A stretch of 64,000 nt of DNA, taken from NCBI RefSeq assembly GCF_009914755.1, contig NC_060926.1. One strand, written 5' to 3'. Within the stretch, counting starts at the first letter, position 1. The number at the start of each line of letters is the position of its first letter. Positions 52,501 through 64,000 of the stretch are shown here, one piece after another. The position numbers and the translations under genes are program-made. Source of the stretch: the human T2T-CHM13v2.0 reference genome, Homo sapiens. A model generated the notes under the pieces. The model did not search any database. It was not told the DNA's origin and saw only the letters and a program-made list of their open reading frames with translations.

Positions 52501-53978
52501 AAATAAGAAAAATTTGTTACATAGCCACAATATCATTATCATATCTAAGACAATAAAAATTCTTTAATATTATCTCATTTACAGTCCATAATAAAATTTC
52601 CCCGGATTGTCTCACACAACATCTTTCCATACAGATCAATGGAATAGAATGGAGAATTCAGAAATAAACCCATACATATACATCCTTGGCCAATTGACTA
52701 GGTGCCAAAGTTTGACAAGTGTGTCAAGATCATTCAAATGGGAAAGAATAGTCTTTTCAACAGAAGACCCACCCTGGGGTCCTTGAGCTCCAGCGTCAGA
52801 CTCCAAAACCATTTGTGGAAATCATCCAGCCACCTCCCACCATGCCTCTGATGAATCCTTCACCGATGGATTCATCAGAAGCATGGTTGATGATGAATTC
52901 ACTGATGAATCACCCCTGTGTGCATCCACAGGGGTCCTGCAAATATTTTCTCACAGTCTGTTGAGTGACTTTTCTTACAAATACTTCATTGTAGAATAAA
53001 TATAGGATTATAGCAAGGTTACAACAAATAGTTTAGAGAATTTTCATCTACCCTGTGTCCAGTTTCCACCATTGTTAAATCTCATGTTTCTATGGCACAT
53101 CCATCACAACTCATTCACCAATATTGACGCATAATGATGAGCTAAAAGCTAAAGTCTGTTTCCTTCAGATTTCATTAATTTTTACTTAATTTCCCTGTTC
53201 TTTTATGGGATCCCAGTGATACCACCTGAAATGTAGTCATCATGTCTCCTTTGTCTCCTCCAGCCTGTGACGGTTTCTCAGACTCTCCTTGTTTTTAGTG
53301 ACTTGGGCAGTTTCGAGCAGTCCTAGTCAGGTGTCCTGTAGAATGTTCCTCTAGAATGTCAGTGTGTGTTTTGCCTGATGTTTTCATCGTGGTAAAACTG
53401 GGTTTATAGACTTTTGGTAGGAAGACACAGAGGTCTTTTCTTGTTTTCTTGCGTGTGAATATTCAACTGTAGAAAAACAGAACCTTTTCTCCACTGCATT
53501 GCCTTTGTACCTTTGTAAAAACTTGGTTGTTCATACATCTGTGCACGTATTTCTAGACTTTGTATTCTGTTCTGTTGATCTATTTGTGAAATATTTGATT
53601 ACTATAGCTGTGTAATAATCTATAAATGAGGTAGTGTTACCTCTAATTTTTTTTTTCAAATTGCTTTTGCTATTGGAGGTCTTTTGCATTACCATATGCA
53701 TTTTAAAATAAGTTCATTAATGTGTGCAAAAATCCTGCTAGGATTTTGATTGGGATTGTATTTTATTTATAGATCAACTGGGGAGAAACAACATCTTAGC
53801 AATTTTGAGTTTTCCAATTCATTAACATATCTTTTTATTTAGGTCCGTCATCAGTGCTCTGTAGTTTTCAATGTACAGTCTTTCACATCCTTTGTCAGAT
53901 ATATCCCTAAGTATATCATGTTTTTGATGCTATTTAAGTGGTATTTTTAATCCAGTTTTCAAGTGTTCATTGCTAGTA

Positions 53979-56900
53979 TAGTTGACCCCTGAACAATGTG
54001 GGAATGAAGGGGACCAACCCGTGTGTAGTAGAAAATCCGCATAGAACTTTTGATTCTCCAAAAACTTAACTACTAATAGCCAACTGTTTACCAAAAGCCT
54101 TGCCAATACCATAAACAGTCAATTAACACATAGTTTGTATGTTATTAGTATTATATCCTGTATTATGACAATGCAGCTAGCTAGAGAAAAGAAAATGTTA
54201 TTAAAAAACGTAACATATGAAAAAATGCTCAACATCACTAGTTACCAGAAAAATGAAGATGAAAACCACAATAAGATATCATCTCACACCAGTTAGAATG
54301 GCTGTTATTAAAAAGTCAAGAAATAATAGATGCTGGTGAGGCTGCTGAGAAAAGGGAACACTTGTACCCTCTTGGTGGGAATGCAAATTAGTTCATCCCC
54401 TGTGGGAAGTAGTTTGGAGATTTTGCAAAGAACTTAAAACAGAACTGTCATTCGACCCAGCAATCCCATTACTAGATATATGTAAAAAAAATCGTTTTAC
54501 CAAGAAACACATGCACTGGTATGTTCATTGCAGCTCTATTCAGAATAGAAAAGACATGAAATCAACCTAGGTGCCCGTCAACAGTGGCTTAGATGAAGAA
54601 AATGTGGAACACATACTCCATGGAATATGCAGCCATAAAAAAAGAATGAAATCATGTCCTTTGTAACAACATGGATGCAGCTGGAGGTCATTACCCTAAG
54701 GGAATATATACAGGCACAGAACACCAAATACCATTGTTTTCACTTAGAAATGGGAGCTAAATAGTGGGTACTTTTGGGCATAAAGATGGCAACAATAGAC
54801 ACTATGGACTCCTAAAAGGGAGAGGAAAGGCTGCAAGAGTTGAAAAACTATTGGGTACTATGCTCAGTACTTGGGTGATGGGAGCAATCATGCCCCAAAC
54901 ATCAGCATCACACAATATACTCAGGTAACCTGCACATGTACTCCTGAATCTAAAATAAAAGTTGAGTATGTATAAGAGGAAGTCATTCATCATAAAGGTC
55001 TCCATCCTCATCATCTTCCATTGAGTGGGCTGTGGAGGAGGAGGAGTAGATGTTGATTTTGCTGTCTCAGGGTGGCAGAGGCAGAAGAGGTAGAGGAGGT
55101 GGAAGTGGAGGCAGGAGAGGCAGGTGCACTTGGTGTAACCTTATGGAAATACATCATAATTACTGTCTGTTTTTTTCTCTTTGATGTATTTAAAAATGCT
55201 TTTATACAGTACTAATCCTTCTTCCCCATTTGCTTTAGTTTCAGTGCCCATAAGGGTTCATGTCTTAATAGAAGTCAATAGCAGTCTTAAATAATTGGAA
55301 GCATTTCTATGAGGCTTGTATTGTGTAAGGCCAATTTTTTTTCTGGCACTGCTTCTTCTACATCTTCTTTCTCATCAAGTACTGATTGGAAAGCACTCAT
55401 CTCTATCAGGTCATCTATTGATTCCCTGAGTGTGGCATCTATTGGCTCTTGAATTTCTCCAAGAGTCATATTTTGAAATACCTTATCCCCAACATTTTGT
55501 TGCTGTATCCATAATCCCTTCATGACTTCCTTGATTGGCTCTGTCATAAATCCTGTGAAGTCATGTGCAACATCTGGTCACAGTTTTCTCCAGAAGAAAT
55601 GTACTGTTTGGGGCTTGGTGGCTTTCAAAGCTCTTTCTATAATAACAGTGGCATCTTCAGTGGTGTAATCCTTCTGGACTTTCATGACATTCTCTATCCA
55701 GATTCTCTTCCATAGTATTGACAACCTTTTCCATAGAAAACTGTGTGTAATGAGTTCTAAATTTCCTTAAGACACCTGATTGAGAGACTGAATTAGAGAT
55801 GTTGGGTTTGGAAGCACGTAGACCATTTTGACACCTTCAGTGTTGAACTTGTGGGTTCTGGGTGGCTAGGGAATGGTCCAATATCGAAAGAACTTTAAAA
55901 GACAGTCCCTTGCTGGCAATGCATTTTCTGCCTTCACGGACAAAGCCTTGATGGAACCAATCCAGAAAACGCGTTCTTATTGTTGAGTCCTTCTTTTTGT
56001 ACAACAATAAAACTGTCAGTGAGTGTTGATCTTTTCCTTTCAAGGCTTGAGGTTTGGCAGTTCTACTGATGAGGGCAGTCCTGACTGTAAACTTGACTGC
56101 ATTTACACAAAACAGTAGAGTTAGCCTATCCCTTCCTGCCTTACATTCTGGTGCTTGGTTTTCTTCCTTGCCAATAAATGTCTTTTGTGTCATCTTTTTT
56201 TTTGTTTGTTTGTTTTTGTTTTTTCCAGAATAGGGCACTGTCATCTGTATTAAAACCCTGTTCAGGCAGATATCCTTTGTCCTCAATGCTTTTCTTCATG
56301 GCATCTGGGAACTCATCTGCCTCCTTTTGCTTGGCAGAGGCTGGTTCTCCTGTTATCTGGACAATTTTAAAGCCAAACCTCTTTGTAAAACTAGCAAACC
56401 ATCCTTTGTTGCCATTAAATTCTCCAGTTTTAGATTCTTCACCTCTCTTTTGCTTTAAGTTGTCATAAAATGACTTTAATTTTTCTCAAATCACATTGGC
56501 ATCTATAAATAAGCCTTTCTTATAGCAATCCTACACCCACATTAAAGTTGCATTTTCAATATGAGACAAAAATGTATTTCACAAAAAGATGCGAGGTTTG
56601 GCTCCTGCTGGCATAGCTGCAGCAATGTCTTCATGAATCTTTTCTTCTCTTTTCTTTCTTTCTCTCTCTCTCTTTTTTCTTTTTCTCTTTCTTTCTTTTG
56701 CAATGGTCCTTATCTATCTTCATTGATTTTGAAATGGCAGGCAATCATAGCGGCAGAGCTCAATCTACGGTACCTATCAAGTAATTCAAGTTTTTTTGGT
56801 AATGTCATGATTTTTCTTTGCTTCTTGGGAGTACTTGCAGCATCATTAGTTGCACTTTATAGTCCCATGGTGGTATTCAAGGTTTAAAAAATTACACTAA

Positions 56901-57085
56901 ACATGATGAAAAATACAGTAGAACCATAAGAGATCATTTTTTACTCTGACATGCAATTTACTAGAGAGAAGAAACGCGCAGAGGGTATAAACGTCATATC
57001 ACATGCATTTAGGCCACACTTTAGCTCCCTGCAATAGCAACAGGAGGTAGCAACAAAATTATTATAGTAGTGTAGTATGTACTAG
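53979..57085 (-). mobile_element. Tigger2 copy with nested L1PB-like fragment (~54208-54963, +), one end deleted
   Basis: Paralog of 1588-4740. ORF 55837-56286 (KAGRDRLTLLFCVNA) is pogo-transposase-like. Confidence 0.82.
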
Positions 57086-57718
57086 AGGAAAGTGACTAAG
57101 CAAATGTCTAGTACCAGTTAGGGTGTCCTGGAAGGAACCATCTTGTGCTTCTACAAGAATTATGCCCTGAGGTTGGCTGTTGAATCCCTCACGAAATGCT
57201 CCTCAGTGTGTTGCCTAACACACACTGCTGAGCTCACCCATTAAAATCTGCATGATGGAATTCAGCCCAATGCAATGAGAATTCCCATGGACTTCCTCTG
57301 TGCAAGGCAAAGCATGGGTGCTGTGGAAGGAGGATGAAAACAGGTAGAAGATGTAATCTCATCCTCAAGGGGTGCTCGGTAGAATGGAGGAAACAATACA
57401 TAGATTCCTGAAGATGAGCACCAAAGTGATTGGGGTGGGCCCATAGCAAAGGCCTGCAGCTCTGTTCAGAATGCAGAAGCAGAGTGGGCAGAGAGAGACA
57501 GCTCATTAGAGTGCTTGGGCAAGCATAGGGACGGCGACTCACCACTGCAGACAATGTATCTGAGGAAAGCCATTTAAAATAGGTGACAGTCACATTCCAT
57601 CAAATTTCTGGAAGGGTCCATGGAGGCAGGGTTGTCAATCTCATTACAGCATTTCAGAGGCCTCAGAAGATTTGGAAATGAAAAAAGACAAGCAGCACTT
57701 GTGGCTCACCTGTGTCAC

Positions 57719-57791
57719 AATTGTGGCTCACCTGTGTCTCTGCAATGCGCAAGTGAGCTGTGTATTGCAGAGACACAGGTGAGCCGCAATT
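57719..57791 (+). repeat. 33-bp inverted repeat (hairpin) with 7-nt loop
   Basis: aattgtggctcacctgtgtctctgcaatgcgca-agtgagc-tgtgtattgcagagacacaggtgagccgcaatt gives 30 Watson-Crick and 3 G-T pairs. Confidence 0.93.
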
Positions 57792-57900
57792 TCCTCCCAG
57801 TTAGGAGGTCAACGCTAAGACCCTTGCTCTCTTTCCGTCGAACATGAGATGCCAATTTCTTTCTGGGCAGAGGACAAAATAAAAATTGTCTATAAACTTT

Positions 57901-58203
57901 GGCCAGGTGTAGTGGCTCACGCCTGTAATCCCAGCATTTTGGGAGGCCGAGATGGGCAGATTGCCTGAGCTCAGGAGTTCGAGACCAGCCTGGGCAACAT
58001 GGTGAAACCCCGTCTCCACTAAAATACAAAAAGTTAGCTGGGCATGGCAGCGTGCGCCTGTAATCCCAGCTACTGAGGCTGAGGCAGGAGAATCGTTTGA
58101 ACCCAGGAAGTGGAGGTTGCAGTGAGCCTAGATCTTACCACTGCACTCCAGCCTGGATGACACAGTGAGACTCCATCTCAAAAAAAAAAAAAAAAAAAAA
58201 AAA
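57901..58203 (+). mobile_element. Alu (AluS) in the UGT1A7 promoter
   Basis: Dimeric Alu with a long pure A tail, absent from the 1A9 and 1A10 promoters. Confidence 0.95.
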
Positions 58204-59648
<1,445 letters not shown>

Positions 59649-61844
59649 TAATTGTAGATCATATCTAGGCTGCAATCTAAATGCTATTTTTGGAAAAATA
59701 CAAAAAAACCACAGTAAGAAATGAAACTTCCCTTTTTTTGCTAATTCTACACTACCCCCAGAGGAAAATATTCTTAGCAGTTTTGTGTGAATTGTTTTCA
59801 ATTTTTTTGAAATTATACTATGTATATGCATATATTTAGGGTAAATTGTCACTTCTATTTTATCAATATAAAATCTACTATCATGCTGGCTATGTTTTTT
59901 TATGTTAGATTTTTCTCTTGTCAATAAGTTAAAGATATCTTTACAGGTCAATGCATACAGATTTGACATGTTCTTTTAATAATTGCATGGTAGTCTTTAC
60001 TTTGGATGCAATGTAGTTTTCCAACCAATTAAGATTGATAGAGATTTAAGTGTTTTCCACTTTTGGGGTTTATGAGCAATAATAAGAATTCTTGTATACT
60101 TTCTTTACATTATATATATTTTCATATTTTTGCTTTTATCTCAGTAGGGTATCATCCTATGAGTATGGTTGCTTGGTTTTCACTAAATGAGTGAGATTGG
60201 CCTTCTTTTGCTATTACATCTTCCTACTCAAGAATATGAATCCCTCATTATTTATTCGGATTCTGTTTTATTTCCATAAATAAAATTTTGCACTTTATAA
60301 AAGTATTTCATCTTTCTTATTAACCTTTATTCCTCTGCATTTCATTATTTTTGAAACCATTATGTGCAAGGCAATTTTCCCATTTCTCTTTTGAATTCAC
60401 TATGCATAATTAATGTACTGCTTTGAGTTTTACACATTTATCTTGTATGTAGTCATATTACTAAACTCTCGTATTAGTATGTAAGGTGTATTAAGTATGC
60501 AATATCATCTGCAAATTATTCCCTCCCCTGGTATTTATACCTCTTATTTTGGCGGAGCATATAGTTCCAAAATATTATTAATATTGTTGGTCTAGCCAGC
60601 TTAAATTAGGATTTGGTCACTTGCAATTGAAAAAGTCGTGACAAATACAAGAGTAAGATTCTTGGCAAATGCATAGTTGCTAAATCCAGGTGAAACACCT
60701 GGTGTCTGATCTAAGTATATTATTTTGTTAGGGATGGAGTATACATTTTTATCTATTGTTCTGGCTTCTTACAAAGTTCAGTAGACTTTGTAACACAGTC
60801 ACATTCTCTCTCATATTGGCAGATGTTTGGTGAAAGAGTGACTGTTCAACCAACTCATGGGAAAATGCAACCAAGCGCTTTCTAAAAATCAGGGAGACTA
60901 CAGTTGTAGGCCTTTCAAATGAAACATGACTTTCAGCTCTTGGCAAGACCAGGCGAGGAGATGCAAGTTGTAGGACGCTAAGAGGATAGACTTGTCAAAG
61001 TGTCTCTCCCCTGTTTACCCTCCATCAATTACAGCACCAGCCATCACTCAGGTATTGCCTGCAGCCTCACCCTCTAGCCAAGTGTGTGGCCTGCCACTTT
61101 CTGAACCCATGCTGAGTTTGTTGTGGCTCAAAGGGTCACCCAAAGGGATTTAGAGATGTAGAAATTATATATGATTCTATACCACCTATAATGGTATATG
61201 ATAGAGAGATCTATAAAATATGAAACATTGAGCCATATATAGTTTTACATATTTTGGTTATTTGTATATCTTCAGTGGTGTATAAAATATATGCATTTAT
61301 ATGCCTTTAAGGAATATACATATGATAGGATTTATAGATGTGGAAGGTTATGTATTAATGTATATATTTATAAATAGAAAATAAATATAATTATCAAAGA
61401 AGAATTCAGATCATAAAGAGTGCCCTTTGGCAAAGAGCCCTGGATATGGCTCAACCACAAAAGTAAATTGTCATAGAAAAATTTATGGACACTGTATAGT
61501 GTTCCTTTCTTGTTTCATATGGGCAGGGTGTGTCTTGGAAAAGTATACAGTTTTTTGTACCTTGTTAGACAACAGGATTCATAGTCTGCATTTCATCTGT
61601 CTGATGAAAAGAAAGCATTGCTTGATGATGCAGTGTGTGTGTATGTGGTGTTTGTGCACGTATGTGTCTGTATGTGCAGGTGTGTTTGTGTGCAATGTCT
61701 TAAGCTCTGCACAGGAGATTTTTTTTCTGAAAGGTTTCCTATAACAAAATCTTATTGAGTCTATCCAGGTGAATTACATCCAGGGATGTAATTAAATACT
61801 TTAACAAGGATGGTAGATCATCATTCAGGAGAACATTAAAACGG

Positions 61845-61981
61845 TTTTGTTTTGTATTTTTAATAGAGACGGGGTTTCACCATGTTGGCCAGGCTGGTCT
61901 CTGACTCCTGACCTCAAGTGATCCGCCCGCCTCCGCCTTTCAAAGTGTTGAGATTACAGGTGTGAACCACCACACCCGGAC
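61845..61981 (-). mobile_element. Alu left-monomer fragment
   Basis: tagagacggggtttcaccatgttggccagg...ccaccacacccgg with TSD-like ttaaaacggtttt / ttaaagtggtttt. Confidence 0.85.
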
Positions 61982-64000
61982 TTAAAGTGGTTTTAATGAG
62001 AAAAAAAGAAAATCACTTCCACTTTTCTTGACTTGTTGGTGAATTACAGCAGAATTGATGGTTGAATCCAGTTATAAAGAATTCGAGCTGAATCTACACC
62101 ATCTAGGGCCAGTGCAGCTCTGGAGAACTGGGACTGGGATGTGGTTACAGCAAGAAAAGATCTATGCTTTCCCCATTGCTCTCGCATTCTGTTTTTGATC
62201 CAAATTCAAATTTACCTGTTACTGGGCAAGCCCAAGGCCTCCCTCCAAGATTATTTATTTCAACTTTTTATCATCAAAGTTTTCGAACATATACCAAGGA
62301 GAGGCTATGGCATAATGTGTACCCATATAGCCATTCTTAAGTTAAATAATTTTCAATATCTTGCTGTACTGCTTCGTCTTTCTCCATTTTTTCTTCCATT
62401 TTAAAGAAAAATTTTGACTTTTTGTTTTAAAGAAAATCTTGGCATGTTGTCTCATCACGAAATACTTCACTAAATATAAAAAATAAGGAAAATTTGTTTC
62501 ATAGACACAATACCTAAGACAATCAATAATTCTTTAATATTATCTCATTTTCAATCCATCATTAAATTTATCCTGATTGTCTCAAAAAAGTCTTTTATAT
62601 GTAGATCAATGGAATAGAATTTAAAGTCCAGAAATAATCCTGTACATCCTTTGCCTTGATTTTCATCATGGTGCCAAGAGCATTGAAATGGCAAAGAATA
62701 GTGTCTTCAGCAGAGGGTTCTGGGACAACTGCATATCCAAGTCCAAGAGAATGAAGTTGCACCCTTACCTTGTATCATATATAAAAATTAACTTGAAATG
62801 GATCAAAGACCTAAATAGAAAATCTAAAACTGTAAAACTCTTAGAAGAAAAAATTAGAAAAATATTTGTGACCTTGGATTTGGAAATGGTTTCTGAGATT
62901 TTTTTTTTTCTTGTACCAAAAGTACAAGAAACTAAAACAAGAAAAACAAGAGATAAATCTGACTTTATCAAAATGTTTTTATACAAAAGCTTTTGTATAT
63001 CAAAGGATACTATCAAGAGAATGAAAAGACAACTCGTGTGGGCGCCCTTATTAAGGTGTGCAGATAAACACACGCATGCTTGACATGGAGGCTCTCCCAT
63101 GAAACATCCTATTTTTTCCTTTCCTATGAAACTTTCTGAACAGGTGAGCCCAGGTGGAGCCTCCACCTGCGTTAGAACCTAACCTTTCCGTGGCTTTCTG
63201 AAATCCCTGGTTTCAGAAGTTAGTGTGGATTACTGCTGCTTTCTTTGACTGTCTCTCTCTCTCCTTCAATCTATCTTGATAATGTGATATCAAACATGAT
63301 ACACTACCTCTTTGGCCCACTCAGGATATTCTGGTGGTGCCCTCTGGCCTGCACCCTCCCACCGGCTATGAAGGTCAACCTCTTGCCTTCCCTAGCCTCA
63401 CTGGCTTTATTTTATGCAACACTCCAACTCTCCTCTTTCCACCTCCCCTGTTACTTTTCCCTACCTATTTTATTCCTCTTTTCTATCTCCTTCCCCACCT
63501 ATGTCTTTCCTTTCTGTCACTTTTTCTGCATGATTCCTGCCCCAGAGGGGTCAACAAGAAAGGGCATCCCACTGGCTGACTCATGCAGGGAAGCTGTCAG
63601 TAATTAATTAGCAAGGCAGGGAAGTTGTACCCCAAGTCTTGGTTTCAACACTAGAGGACTTTAGGAGGTGGTTCAATGTAGTGTTTGAGCACGCGGACCC
63701 TGGAGTCCTCCAAGCCTGATTTCATAAGTACTTCAGCTGTGACACTTGCGTAAACTTGGGTAAAAACTCAGCGTTATCTAGATTAAATATGATAATACAT
63801 GCAGATGACTGGCATGTGGATATGAATCAGCAATACCCGTAATTGGGTGGGTGATATGCATTTTCCAGCACAATTATCTCCAACCTCCACAAGATTAATG
63901 ATCTTAACCATGCATTCAGACTCTCTTCAGAACAACATGGTGAGATATCAATGTTGTCTTCTTGATGCAAGTTTCCCTTGAATGATTTAAACTTCAGATG

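Noticed and set aside
55837-56286. Domesticated pogo transposase
   Set aside because: All Tigger2 copies are frameshifted or interrupted, and no long ORF is shared among them.
63665-63830. Possible MIR fragment (and a possible LTR at ~42105-42415)
   Set aside because: Too diverged to assign by eye.

Overview
Eukaryotic, AT-rich, repeat-dense DNA. The exon translations identify it as part of the human UGT1A (UDP-glucuronosyltransferase 1A) locus on 2q37, a tandem array of alternative first exons that each splice to shared exons 2-5, which lie outside this window. All cassettes are on the + strand: UGT1A10 exon 1 (13172-14026), pseudo-exon UGT1A13P (~24576-25674), UGT1A9 exon 1 (48584-49438) and UGT1A7 exon 1 (58587-59441). 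Each functional exon is 855 bp and ends at an ATG|GTAAGT donor. The intervening DNA is a series of duplicated units (old L1M - Tigger2 - L1M - promoter - exon - intron) overlaid with Alu, L1, MaLR/ERV LTR, HSMAR2 and Ricksha insertions. Notable observations are a fifth, exon-less 'ghost' cassette between 1A13P and 1A9, a 33-bp fully RNA-pairable hairpin found only in the UGT1A7 upstream region, an orphan 448-bp insertion with a target-site duplication, a reconstructable inactivation history for UGT1A13P, a textbook twin-primed L1, and readable pharmacogenetic alleles (UGT1A9 -118 T10, UGT1A7*1). No prokaryotic systems, RNA genes or CRISPR arrays were seen. Repeat subfamily names are from recall of consensus sequences, and their boundaries are approximate.
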